This document shows positions 14,700 through 24,534 of a stretch of DNA of 64,000 nt, piece by piece; position 1 is the first letter of the stretch; each line of letters starts with the position of its first letter. Under the pieces are notes generated by a model. It saw nothing but the letters and a program-made list of their open reading frames with translations. It searched no databases and was not told where the DNA came from. The DNA comes from a virus, in the IMG/VR virus record IMGVR_UViG_3300042945_003044; one strand, written 5' to 3'. Position numbers and translations under genes: made by a program.

Positions 14700-16064
14700 A
14701 TGAGTGAACCGTGTACTGGAGCCAAAAGAGACTTAGGTATATTACTGTACCCTCCTACGATTCCTCCTCCTTGCGATTGCTACGTAGATGTTTTATTTCC
14801 CGTTGGATCAATATTTGGTATATTTAGGAATGCTGGTCGAAAGTTTTTTGCTAAACAACTATTATCTTATCAATTAACATTATTAAGAACACCACTGGCT
14901 AACGCTGTAGTTATTAGAACATATGCGAGTGGAATTTTATCGTCACTTAAAAGTAAAACATATGGGATTATAACAGAATTACAAGATATTGCAGATAAAA
15001 TCAGAACAGCTACTCAGCAAGCAAAGTATTTGTTTCAAGATATTAAACAAACGATGATAAACATACAAACAAATACCAAACTGGCTTCTCAGTATAGAAT
15101 TTTAATTGATCAATATTCAGGCGGGCTTGTTCAATGGAGTCCTAATGGCTCGCCAATTGTTCCTAATGTTATTACTCCACAAATTGCAACATTATTATCA
15201 AACTATAATAGCACTAGAGCTCAATTAATTCCGCTTAAGCAACACCTGGCCTCACTAGAACTAGGTCTTCAATTTAGCGAAGATGGATATAAATTTTTAT
15301 TAGCTAAACAAAAGGCCTTGAATACCAGTTTACAGTCTATGCATGGGCCTTCCATATCTATAGGAAATCATACTATCGGCGAAAATACGATTTTAAATCA
15401 AATAACAGAATTAGAAAATTTAACATCAGTTCTTAAAGCAGATGAAGATAGCATCAATAGTATTATCAAGAAAGGCAGGGAGACCATTGCAGGAGGTAAC
15501 CAAAATAATATGGTCGCTGTCGCGGATGAAATAGGAGGAAGATGGAGCGAGATAGGAGCCAGGGCCGCGGATTTATTACTAGATTTATTGGCCTCATTAA
15601 GCATTGTTGAAAAAGTAAACTGCATGGAAGAGTCCATGTTAAATGAAGAAACTTGTGAATGCACTGAATGTCCTTCTAATAAAGTGTTGTGTAGTAAACC
15701 AAGCGGATGGCTATCGTCCTATTTACCTCAGCTTCCTGGTATAAGATCCGGTACCGAATGGAATACTTGTGTTGATCCGTGTTGCCCCGGTATGGAACTA
15801 GTTCCTGGTGTTAGCGCAGGAGTATGCGAGTGTTTTTGCTCAGATCCGAATAAAATAGTTAAACCTTGTCAAACGGCGGATTGTGTAGGTAAGGTCGTAT
15901 GCACGGATCCAGAACCAGATTCTGGTGAGCTGGGTTGGTTTGGGTCTTCGAAATATAGATGGGACGAGAATGCTTGTGAATGGGTTTGTAAGAATTCTTG
16001 CCCTAATGGACAGGAGCAAGATCCTGACACTTGCGAATGTAAACAATACTATTGTGTAGCATAA
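14700..16064 (+). CDS. helical protein with Cys-rich (CxC/EGF-like) C-terminal repeats
   Basis: Helical middle region; xxxTCEC repeats in the C-terminal third. Confidence 0.75.
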   Translation: MSEPCTGAKRDLGILLYPPTIPPPCDCYVDVLFPVGSIFGIFRNAGRKFFAKQLLSYQLTLLRTPLANAVVIRTYASGILSSLKSKTYGIITELQDIADKIRTATQQAKYLFQDIKQTMINIQTNTKLASQYRILIDQYSGGLVQWSPNGSPIVPNVITPQIATLLSNYNSTRAQLIPLKQHLASLELGLQFSEDGYKFLLAKQKALNTSLQSMHGPSISIGNHTIGENTILNQITELENLTSVLKADEDSINSIIKKGRETIAGGNQNNMVAVADEIGGRWSEIGARAADLLLDLLASLSIVEKVNCMEESMLNEETCECTECPSNKVLCSKPSGWLSSYLPQLPGIRSGTEWNTCVDPCCPGMELVPGVSAGVCECFCSDPNKIVKPCQTADCVGKVVCTDPEPDSGELGWFGSSKYRWDENACEWVCKNSCPNGQEQDPDTCECKQYYCVA

Positions 16065-16075
16065 GGCGTTAAAAC

Positions 16076-16744
16076 ATGGCTTGTCAACAGTTTCCAGTAA
16101 ATAATCCCCCGTTAAACGCAATAAGCGGCCCATATAATACTCTATCAGATTGCGAGCAAGGGTGTGTGGTGAGCGGAGCCTGTTGCCAAACCTGTCCCGC
16201 AATTTGCATCGAGGTAACCGCTGAAGAATGCGCAGGTGCCGGTGGAGACTATCGCGGAGATGGCTCAAGATGTCAAGAGGAATGTCCGCCAGTATTCGGC
16301 GCCTGCTGTAATCTATCCCCTCCTAATGAGCCGTGTGAGCAACTTCAGGAGTGTGATTGTGATTTTAGAGGAGGTACATACCAGGGAGATCTTACAAACT
16401 GCGGCGATTGCCCCACAGTTTGTCCGGCTTATCCCGTTACGTGTTATCGTACTGGAGGCGCGGCTAACTCAGCTGGTTATAGTTCGGTAGAAGTTCAGTG
16501 TGTGGACTCAAATGGTATTCGTGTTTTTGATGGACGCAGCCATAACGGCGGAGCAACTACTGGTAGTTGGTCATTTGCTGGATGCGGCGCTTCTGCTGTG
16601 GGGACTATTGCTGGACCTGACGGAGCTTCTGTTTCAGTTTGTTGGGGAGGTCATTGTATTTCGGTTAGTCCGGGCAATTTAACATGTTGCGCCGCTTTTG
16701 GCGGTGGAGGTATTTGGTGTAACGAACAGATTGGTTCTTGCTGA
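16076..16744 (+). CDS. Cys-rich constant-head family member 3 (GACC repeats)
   Basis: Constant head plus GACC...C...GGxYxGD repeats. Confidence 0.8.
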   Translation: MACQQFPVNNPPLNAISGPYNTLSDCEQGCVVSGACCQTCPAICIEVTAEECAGAGGDYRGDGSRCQEECPPVFGACCNLSPPNEPCEQLQECDCDFRGGTYQGDLTNCGDCPTVCPAYPVTCYRTGGAANSAGYSSVEVQCVDSNGIRVFDGRSHNGGATTGSWSFAGCGASAVGTIAGPDGASVSVCWGGHCISVSPGNLTCCAAFGGGGIWCNEQIGSC

Positions 16745-16786
16745 TACGTCAATTTTAGTGTATTTAATTTATAAGAGACATTAATC

Positions 16787-17281
16787 ATGCCATGCGAACA
16801 ATTTTCAGTAAATAATCCACCACTCAACCCTAAAAGCGGTCCGTATAATACTTTGGAGGAGTGTCAAGCGGGATGTTCAAGCGGAGCCTGCTGTGATGCG
16901 TGGGGTGGCTGCCAAGATATGCCTAATGAGAATCACTGCACAAAGTTTGAAGCTTGGTGTGATGAATGGAAGTACATAGGCGCCGACGAGGAGTGCGATG
17001 CGTCAGAAGGCTGGGTGCCGACCTGGGATGGAGAACCCCTACCAGACGGGCCATACGCGGGGAAAAAACATTGTAATAGGACAAGGTTGTATCGCTGGCT
17101 TGACGCAGCACCAGACCCGAACAGTTGCGGCTGCCTGCCCACGCCACCGCCGGGAGAATTCCCGCTTGAAGGAGGCAATTGCCTGGTGAGGGAGCCCTAT
17201 CCGGGGAACGTCTGGAAGCCCGGTGTTGCGTGCGTAAGAAACGAAAACAATATTATTATTTGTCCTCCTGATGAGGTTTGA
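16787..17281 (+). CDS. Cys-rich constant-head family member 4
   Basis: Constant head; GC-rich variable tail. Confidence 0.8.
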   Translation: MPCEQFSVNNPPLNPKSGPYNTLEECQAGCSSGACCDAWGGCQDMPNENHCTKFEAWCDEWKYIGADEECDASEGWVPTWDGEPLPDGPYAGKKHCNRTRLYRWLDAAPDPNSCGCLPTPPPGEFPLEGGNCLVREPYPGNVWKPGVACVRNENNIIICPPDEV

Positions 17282-17324
17282 GATTTATTGCTATTTTCAG
17301 AGCAAATAGTATAAAGGTTATATT

Positions 17325-17753
17325 ATGCCATGCGAACAATTTTCAGTAAATAATCCCCCATTAAACTCTATAAGCGGCCCGTATAATACCTTGGCGGAAT
17401 GCCAGCAGGGATGTGATGATTCTCCTTGTGTGCCTACCCCTGCGATTCGTTGTTGTGTCTATGAGGGAGAAGACGGATGTATAACAGGCACTACCGATAC
17501 ATGTAGCCAATGCCCTCCATCCTCTAATGGCATAGCTCTTTCTGTATTTAGAGATATTTTAGCGACTGGTGGTCAGGGGTCGTGCAATGATTTTTGTTAT
17601 ATTAATTATGATGTTGAAACATGCTGTTATTACAGCGCTTTGGACGGGACCACAGGAGCATATGCTTATCCTGGTGTTGTTCCGTGTCTATATATTCCTA
17701 ATTTAACATTGATAAGTAGCGAAATAGGACCCGTTGGATCTTGTATCGTTTGA
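17325..17753 (+). CDS. Cys-rich constant-head family member 5
   Basis: Constant head. Confidence 0.8.
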   Translation: MPCEQFSVNNPPLNSISGPYNTLAECQQGCDDSPCVPTPAIRCCVYEGEDGCITGTTDTCSQCPPSSNGIALSVFRDILATGGQGSCNDFCYINYDVETCCYYSALDGTTGAYAYPGVVPCLYIPNLTLISSEIGPVGSCIV

Positions 17754-17773
17754 TTAGATTTGGAATTCGTTAA

Positions 17774-18085
17774 TCAATAGTTTAAATTAATACAACATCT
17801 TCTATAGCTATAAAGTCGTATAGAAGTATAATTAGGTATAACTTCCACGTATCTCACAATGGGATAATATACTACCGGAACAGGAACCGGTACTATAGTC
17901 TGTACAGGAACAAAAACCGTTTGTACCGTATTAACGTATTGTGTTTGAACGGTATTAACCGGGAACAATAAGGGCTGCGCTGGTTGTGGAAAACTATTAT
18001 AGCTTACCCAATCATTAGCATAAGATCTATCACAAACCACGCTCAACATAATCATCAACATAACCATAAAAATAGACTTAATCAT
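17774..18085 (-). CDS. putative secreted V/P/Y-rich protein
   Basis: Signal-peptide-like N-terminus; AAGGA SD. Confidence 0.6.
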   Translation of the reverse strand: MIKSIFMVMLMIMLSVVCDRSYANDWVSYNSFPQPAQPLLFPVNTVQTQYVNTVQTVFVPVQTIVPVPVPVVYYPIVRYVEVIPNYTSIRLYSYRRCCINLNY

Positions 18086-18116
18086 TTAATTATTTCCTTA
18101 TATTAGAGAGAGTATA

Positions 18117-18152
18117 AATAAAAAGGGCAAGCCATTCCCTGCTCGCCCTCTT
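18117..18152 (-). terminator. intrinsic terminator
   Basis: Minus strand GGGCGAGC-loop-GCTTGCCC followed by a T-run, downstream of 18183-18413. Confidence 0.65.
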
Positions 18153-18182
18153 TAATAGATTGATAGTTTCTATAGAAATCAT

Positions 18183-18413
18183 TCAGATATTGACTGATTC
18201 ACTAGTTTCGCCCAAATTGGTCTTATTCTTACTTGGACGACCTCTACTCTTTTTCAGAGCAAGCTTTCGTCTTTGACGACGCACCATAGCGGTACTAACA
18301 TTTTGGCCGGTCATTTGGCTTAACTTAGCGGCCAAAGCCTCATCACATAGCACATTATGGTTATCTTTGATAAAATCTGTTTCGGAATTTGTCCACTTTT
18401 TATAATTAGCCAT
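18183..18413 (-). CDS. small DNA-binding protein (Myb/HTH-like plus AT-hook RGRP)
   Basis: KKWTxxE...LAAKL...VRRQRRKL and KKSRGRPSK. Confidence 0.65.
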   Translation of the reverse strand: MANYKKWTNSETDFIKDNHNVLCDEALAAKLSQMTGQNVSTAMVRRQRRKLALKKSRGRPSKNKTNLGETSESVNI

Positions 18414-18495
18414 ATTTTTTATTCCTTCTATATTGACATATTTTCTCGACCCGTTACTATAGTATGGTATTGGTAAGTTTAGTCAAGGAGTTAAA

Positions 18496-18705
18496 ATGAG
18501 CTACGAACAACACAATCAAGATCTTCCAATAGTCCCTTCTGTGTTAAAGACCAGGGCTTCAGAAGAATGTGAAGCTAGCGCACAACAAGATTTGGAGTTA
18601 CAAGAAGAAGGCAAATCTATAGCAGAACTATTAAATGAAGAAAAAACAAATACAGAAGAACAACAAGAAGAAAACAAAAATAGTCAAGAAAAAGAGCAAG
18701 AATAA
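18496..18705 (+). CDS. acidic hypothetical protein
   Basis: AAGGAG SD; divergent promoter region. Confidence 0.55.
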   Translation: MSYEQHNQDLPIVPSVLKTRASEECEASAQQDLELQEEGKSIAELLNEEKTNTEEQQEENKNSQEKEQE

Positions 18706-19336
18706 AGACGGCTTACATGGTGTTTCACAAGAAGAATTTTTAAAAGTTTTAGAGAATATAGGCAAAAGACTTGGTCATAAATTTAAATTTGGATATCACA
18801 GCTTCGATGATATGAAACAACAAGCCGCTATCTTTGCACTAGAAGGACTAGAGAGATACGATCATTCTAGGCCACTAGAGAATTTTCTATGGACTCATGT
18901 TAGAAATAGACTATTTAACTATAAACGTAACCATTATCAAAGACCGGATAAGCCGTGTTTAAGTTGTCCATTTTTCGATAAAACATATAAATGCTCCAAT
19001 AATCAGTGTACAGAATTCACTAATAAAAAAGATTGTGAACTATACGCAGCATGGGCTAATAGGAATGAAGCTAAGAAAAATATTATGCAGCCGTCTGGTA
19101 TAGAAGTTGAGGTTCCCACTAGAAATTTATTGGATCCACACAATTTAGTAGCAAACAAAGAAATTGTAGACTTTTTAGACCAGAATATACAAGCAGAGTT
19201 TAGAGAATCATATCTCAAACTCAAACACGGAAACAAAGTATCTAGGCACGATATCTTAAAACTACAATCACACATAGCCGAACTTATGGAGAATAAAGAA
19301 TGGATAAATCAGGACCTAAAAAACGAGGACAATTAA
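18635..19336 (+). CDS. phage sigma70-family (region 2-like) transcription factor with Cys-rich insert
   Basis: DDMKQQAAIFALEGLERYDHSRPLENFLWTHVRNRLFNYKR resembles sigma region 2; five Cys follow. Confidence 0.65.
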   Translation: MKKKQIQKNNKKKTKIVKKKSKNKDGLHGVSQEEFLKVLENIGKRLGHKFKFGYHSFDDMKQQAAIFALEGLERYDHSRPLENFLWTHVRNRLFNYKRNHYQRPDKPCLSCPFFDKTYKCSNNQCTEFTNKKDCELYAAWANRNEAKKNIMQPSGIEVEVPTRNLLDPHNLVANKEIVDFLDQNIQAEFRESYLKLKHGNKVSRHDILKLQSHIAELMENKEWINQDLKNEDN

Positions 19337-20115
19337 GTCTTGATGAAGAAAAATTCATAAGAGAAAATTATGCCTCTTTAACAGTACAGCAGATTGCAGA
19401 CTCGTTAAATAGGAATATTGCTCCTATCCAGAGATATGTAAACGAGAATAAGCTTATAGCATCACAGGAAGAAGCCAAAGATTCAGAGATCCTCAAACAT
19501 AAACTCCATACAAAAACATTTTGGCCAGAAATTGTTCGACAGTTTGATAGCGAAAGTGGAGAACTAGAATATTTTGAGGATACGTGGGTGGGATTAATTA
19601 AGCAGTTTAGGGAAGACGTGTTACCCGCAGAAGAACTCCAGATTAAACAATTTATCACAATAGATATTTTGATTAATAGATCTATGAAAGAGCGCAAAAG
19701 ACATATTGCTGAAACAGATAAGCTACAAAAACTAGTAGATCAAGAATACAGCAAACCAGAACCAGAGAGAGACATCCCGAAGCTAGCTAATCTAGAAACT
19801 CAACTGAGCTTTGCTCGCAATAGCATTGCTAATTATACTAATGAATATACGAAACTATTAAACGAACAACAAAAGATTAGCAAAGACCTTAAAGCGACAA
19901 GAGAGCAGAGAATTAAGCGTATTGAGGACGGAAAAAGCAGCTGGACGGGGCTTATTAGAATGCTAGAGGACGAAGAGATCAGAGAGAAAGAGGGTAGAGA
20001 AATTGAGATTTTGGCCATGGCTACTGAAAAAGCAAAGGCTAAAATGCAAGAATATCATAACTATGCAGATAACGTGGTAGACAAACCTTTTTTAACGCCA
20101 GAGAGTGTGGACTAA
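19300..20115 (+). CDS. putative terminase small subunit / HTH plus coiled-coil protein
   Basis: N-terminal HTH (TVQQIADSLNR), coiled coil, position upstream of terL. Confidence 0.45.
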   Translation: MDKSGPKKRGQLSLDEEKFIRENYASLTVQQIADSLNRNIAPIQRYVNENKLIASQEEAKDSEILKHKLHTKTFWPEIVRQFDSESGELEYFEDTWVGLIKQFREDVLPAEELQIKQFITIDILINRSMKERKRHIAETDKLQKLVDQEYSKPEPERDIPKLANLETQLSFARNSIANYTNEYTKLLNEQQKISKDLKATREQRIKRIEDGKSSWTGLIRMLEDEEIREKEGREIEILAMATEKAKAKMQEYHNYADNVVDKPFLTPESVD

Positions 20116-20131
20116 ATAATAGGAGCAAATA

Positions 20132-21130
20132 ATGACAAATAAATTAGCGCTAGTATCCGGTATTACTGGTCAGGATGGTTCTTATTTGGCCGACCTATTA
20201 ATAGATAAGGGATATAGGGTTGTTGGCCTACATCGTAGAAATAGTACTAATAATTTAGATAGAGTATCTCATCTTATAAATCACGAACTATTTAAGCTAG
20301 AAGAATTTGATTTAACAGATCCCGCAAACTGTATGAAGATCATAGATTCTTACCAACCAGACGAATTCTACAACCTAGCTGCTCAAAGTCATGTTGGCAC
20401 CAGTTTCAAACAACCCACAGCGACTATTCAAATAGATACTATCGGAGTAGTAAATATACTAGAGGCTATTCGCCACTGCTCTTCTGCTACAAAATTTTAT
20501 CAGGCTAGCACTAGCGAAATGTTTGGTCGTAGTTATAATGTTGATTCAAATACTCAAGAAAAATATCAAGATGAAGACACCTCTCTATTGCCTCAAAGTC
20601 CTTATGGAGTAGCTAAGTTAGCAAGTCATCGTTTAGTACAGATTTATCGCGAGGCATACGGTATTTTTGGTTGCAGCGGTATACTGTTTAATCACGAGAG
20701 TCCTCGTAGGGGCGAAAATTTTGTTACGCGTAAAATAACAAAATATATTGGCCAAGTTATTAATCGCACAACTAATACCACCCTAAAGCTTGGTAATCTA
20801 AACGCAAAGAGAGATTGGGGCCACGCTAAAGATTATGTATACGCCATGTATCTTATGCTACAGACAGATGCTCCACAGGACTATGTAATATGTACGGGTA
20901 AAACGTGGAGTATCTTAGATTTTCTGCAAAAATCGTTTAGCTATGCCGGATTAAACTATAAAGAATATGTAGAGATAGATCCCGACTTATACAGACCAGC
21001 AGAGGTAGAATATCTATGCGGTAGAAATCAAAAGGCCAAAAAAGAATTGGGGTGGGAGCCATCCATAACTTTTGATGATTTGGTTCAAGATATGGTAGAT
21101 AGCGACATTAAGGCATATGCCAATGCCTAG
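20132..21130 (+). CDS. gmd: GDP-mannose 4,6-dehydratase
   Basis: GITGQDGSYLA, YNLAAQSHV, FYQASTSE, SPYGVAK, FNHESPRRG, RDWGHAKDYV. Confidence 0.97.
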   Translation: MTNKLALVSGITGQDGSYLADLLIDKGYRVVGLHRRNSTNNLDRVSHLINHELFKLEEFDLTDPANCMKIIDSYQPDEFYNLAAQSHVGTSFKQPTATIQIDTIGVVNILEAIRHCSSATKFYQASTSEMFGRSYNVDSNTQEKYQDEDTSLLPQSPYGVAKLASHRLVQIYREAYGIFGCSGILFNHESPRRGENFVTRKITKYIGQVINRTTNTTLKLGNLNAKRDWGHAKDYVYAMYLMLQTDAPQDYVICTGKTWSILDFLQKSFSYAGLNYKEYVEIDPDLYRPAEVEYLCGRNQKAKKELGWEPSITFDDLVQDMVDSDIKAYANA

Positions 21131-21392
21131 AGACTTTAAAGACCCAGCCTATGTACAGTGGAGAAAAAAGGTATATCAGAGAGATAATTTTACATGCCAG
21201 TGGCCAGGGTGTACGAAAAAGAATAAGCTTAACGCTCACCACATTCAGATTTGGGCCCATAATCCTGGGTTAAGATTCGATATTAATAACGGTATAACAT
21301 TATGCTACAATCATCACAAAATGATCAGGGGTATGGAAGAAATATACGCTTCTGTTTTCCTTAAAATATTAGCCAATAAACGATTACTATGA
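21117..21392 (+). CDS. HNH endonuclease
   Basis: RDNFTCQWPGC...AHHI...NGITLCYNHH; close to terminase. Confidence 0.9.
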   Translation: MPMPRDFKDPAYVQWRKKVYQRDNFTCQWPGCTKKNKLNAHHIQIWAHNPGLRFDINNGITLCYNHHKMIRGMEEIYASVFLKILANKRLL

Positions 21393-21883
21393 ATAAATAC
21401 GATTTTACAATAGTAGTAGACACCAGAGAACAACAACCATGGGAGTTTCCTAACTATACAATAGCTAATAGAAAATTAGATACTGGTGATTATAGTATAG
21501 AAGGATTAGAGAATATATTATGCATAGAGCGTAAAAAGAGCTCTAGTGAATTTGCTAATAATATTGTAGAAAGTAGATTTAAAGATGTTATCGAGAGAAT
21601 GAGTAATATAAAATACGCTTTTTTATTACTAGAGTTTGATCTAAAAGATTTATTGGTTTATCCTATTGGGTCCACCGTGCCAAGAAGAATGTGGGATAAA
21701 ATTAAGATTAGTCCAGCGTTTTTATTAAAGAACATTTTAGAGTTGCAATTGAACCATAATATTATAGTATATTTTTGTGGAGACGCTGATAACGCTGGAA
21801 AGATGGCTGAGCATATATTAAAAAAGATACATTATATAGAAGTAGTTAAAAACAAAGGAGTACCAAGCAATGATCCTAAATAA
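21389..21883 (+). CDS. ERCC4/XPF-family nuclease
   Basis: VDTREQ, LDTGDY, CIERK motifs. Confidence 0.85.
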   Translation: MNKYDFTIVVDTREQQPWEFPNYTIANRKLDTGDYSIEGLENILCIERKKSSSEFANNIVESRFKDVIERMSNIKYAFLLLEFDLKDLLVYPIGSTVPRRMWDKIKISPAFLLKNILELQLNHNIIVYFCGDADNAGKMAEHILKKIHYIEVVKNKGVPSNDPK

Positions 21884-22445
21884 CCCTATCGTACTGACAC
21901 AACCTCCCTATGCTGATCAGACAGGAAAAACTATAACACCGGGACCTATCGTATTGAATGAGTTAGATGTAACTTACCATATTAATCCTAAAGCAAAAAA
22001 TATATATGCTACTATTCTAAAGGTGCCATCGCCAATCTCATTGGCTACTCCGGCAGATTTTCACGAAGTAACCGATCTATCTATTGCTGCTTTGGAAGGG
22101 TCTCTCAGAGAAAAAATTGGAGAAAATGCTCAAGCGTATTTACAGTCTTTATTTCCTAGAACGCTAGAGTCTGATCCTAACGGCCCGGGCACTATCTTAT
22201 CAGGTATGATTAGCGCATTAGGTATCCACTCTACTCCAAATTGTAGTTGTAGGCGCCACGCTTTACAAATGAACGCCAGTGGCCCAGATTGGTGCGAGCA
22301 AAACATGGATACTATTCTTGGTTGGCTGAAAGAAGAAAGCTCGAAGAGAAAATTACCATTTGTCGAAACCGTGGCTAGATTAATGGTGCAACGAGCTATT
22401 AATAAATCTCGAAGATTACTAGCCAAAGTCCAAAAGCAGAGTTAA
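21870..22445 (+). CDS. hypothetical protein with C-terminal CxC...WC motif
   Basis: GPGTIL...CSCRRHALQMN...DWC. Confidence 0.7.
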   Translation: MILNNPIVLTQPPYADQTGKTITPGPIVLNELDVTYHINPKAKNIYATILKVPSPISLATPADFHEVTDLSIAALEGSLREKIGENAQAYLQSLFPRTLESDPNGPGTILSGMISALGIHSTPNCSCRRHALQMNASGPDWCEQNMDTILGWLKEESSKRKLPFVETVARLMVQRAINKSRRLLAKVQKQS

Positions 22446-22448
22446 TTT

Positions 22449-24476
22449 GTGTCTATAAAAAATTCTATATATGATGACGCATGGTTAGGACTGGGTGATC
22501 TATCTCTATTGTCTGTTGATCATAAAAATCTTATGATTAATAGAACCGAGGAAGATATAGAGAGACCAGATCTTCATTTGATGAAGATTTTAAGAGGTCC
22601 TAGGCATATTGGTTCGACCTGCAAATTATTATTTAATATAGAATTACACCCAATACAAATAGCTATTATACAAGAGTTTTGGATAAGAGCTTTTCCTATG
22701 TATATCGCCAGTCGAGGTTGGGGAAAGTCTTTTTTGTTATCTTTGTACTGCGTACTCAGAATGACATTTTATCCTGGAACTAAAATTGTTGTTGTTGGAG
22801 CAGCTTTTAGACAAAGTAAAATTATTTTTGAATATATGGAAACTATTTGGAGGAATAGTCCTATACTTCGTAGTATTTTTAATGGTAATGACGATGGTCC
22901 TAGAAGAGATGTTGATCGTTGCACTATGAGATTAGGAGATAGTTGGACTATAGCTATTCCTTTAGGCGATGGTAGTAAGATTAGAGGATTAAGAGCACAT
23001 ATTATTATTGCTGATGAATTTGCTTCTATATCTCCGGATATTTATGAAACAGTAGTATCTGGTTTCGCAGCGGTATCAGCCAGTCCTATTCAGAATGTTA
23101 AGGAACAAGCCAAACAAACAGCGTTGAAAGAAGCAGGATTATGGAATGAAGATTTAGATATATTAAATACTAAAATGGGTAATCAGGCTATTATATCTGG
23201 CACGGCAGATTATGGTTTCAAACACTTTGCCCAATACTGGAAAAGATATAAGAATATTATCGAAAGTAAGGGAGATAGGAAAAAACTAGAAGAAATATTT
23301 AAAGGAGAGGTTCCAGATAATTTTAATTGGAGAGACTACTCCATTATACGTATTCCTTATGAATTAATCCCAAAAGGCTTCATGGATGACAAGCAGGTTT
23401 CTAGAGCAAAAGCGACTATTCATACTGGTATATATAATATGGAGTACGCTGCTTGTTTTATTAATGATAGTGAAGGATTTTTTAGGAGAAGTCTTATAGA
23501 AAGTTGTGTGGCCAACGATTCTTCTCCTATAATTCTTGGAGACAAGAAAATTACCTTTGAGGCCACAACAACAGGTAACCCAACAGGCAAATACATATAC
23601 GGAATCGATCCAGCATCCGAGCAAGATAATTTTAGCATTGTAGTTTTAGAGATGCATCCGGATCACAATAGGGTCGTATATTGCTGGACTACTAATAGGA
23701 GTAACTTTAAAGAACGACTCAAAACAGGATTAGTTACAGAGCACGATTTTTATGGTTTTTGTGTGAGAAAAATACGAAATCTCATGAAAACGTTTCCGCC
23801 GGTAAGAATCGGTATGGATGCTCAGGGAGGAGGAGTGGCTATCGAAGAGGCTTTTCATGACCCTTCTAAGCTTGAAGAGGGAGAAATATTGATTTGGCCA
23901 GCCATAGATCCCGCTAAAAGCAAAGATACAGATAATCAAGCCGGTCTACACATATTAGAACTTGTTCAATTTGCTAAGGCCGATTGGACCAGTCAGGCTA
24001 ACCACGGTCTTAGGAAAGACCTAGAAGATAAGGTATTATTATTTCCAAGATTCGATAATTTAACGCTTGGCTTGGCTCTAGAAGCAGAAAATAAAGATAT
24101 CATGTCATCTGAGTTGAATCCTATTTATGATAGTTTAAGCGAATGTATACTAGAGATAGAAGAGCTTAAAAATGAACTCACAACTATAGTCATGACACAA
24201 ACGAGTACTGGTCCAAATGCTAGAGACAGATGGGATACTCCAGAGGTTAAGCTTAGCGGAGGTAAAAAGGGAAGATTAAGAAAAGATAGATATAGCTCAT
24301 TAGTAATAGCTAATATGTTAGCTAGACAATCCCAAAGGGCTTTAAAACCAATAGAATATGAAGTTATCGGAGATAATGCTCGAAATGTAGCTAATAATAC
24401 TGGTCAAATGTATAAAGGACCCGAATGGTTTATAGCTGGAGCTAATGACGATATTTATACGGGTATTTATAGATAA
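22449..24476 (+). CDS. terL: terminase large subunit
   Basis: Walker A ASRGWGKS, Walker B IIIADE, RNase H-like GIDPA and KDRYS. Confidence 0.9.
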   Translation: MSIKNSIYDDAWLGLGDLSLLSVDHKNLMINRTEEDIERPDLHLMKILRGPRHIGSTCKLLFNIELHPIQIAIIQEFWIRAFPMYIASRGWGKSFLLSLYCVLRMTFYPGTKIVVVGAAFRQSKIIFEYMETIWRNSPILRSIFNGNDDGPRRDVDRCTMRLGDSWTIAIPLGDGSKIRGLRAHIIIADEFASISPDIYETVVSGFAAVSASPIQNVKEQAKQTALKEAGLWNEDLDILNTKMGNQAIISGTADYGFKHFAQYWKRYKNIIESKGDRKKLEEIFKGEVPDNFNWRDYSIIRIPYELIPKGFMDDKQVSRAKATIHTGIYNMEYAACFINDSEGFFRRSLIESCVANDSSPIILGDKKITFEATTTGNPTGKYIYGIDPASEQDNFSIVVLEMHPDHNRVVYCWTTNRSNFKERLKTGLVTEHDFYGFCVRKIRNLMKTFPPVRIGMDAQGGGVAIEEAFHDPSKLEEGEILIWPAIDPAKSKDTDNQAGLHILELVQFAKADWTSQANHGLRKDLEDKVLLFPRFDNLTLGLALEAENKDIMSSELNPIYDSLSECILEIEELKNELTTIVMTQTSTGPNARDRWDTPEVKLSGGKKGRLRKDRYSSLVIANMLARQSQRALKPIEYEVIGDNARNVANNTGQMYKGPEWFIAGANDDIYTGIYR

Positions 24477-24534
24477 CAGTGTACTATTGTATTAGTATTG
24501 CGGTTGTATTGCGATCCTATTATTATTATAAAAT

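Noticed and set aside
13042-17753. Diversity-generating retroelement or shufflon behind the variable tails
   Set aside because: No reverse transcriptase or invertase is in the window, I saw no adenine-specific TR/VR pair, and all members are complete same-strand genes.
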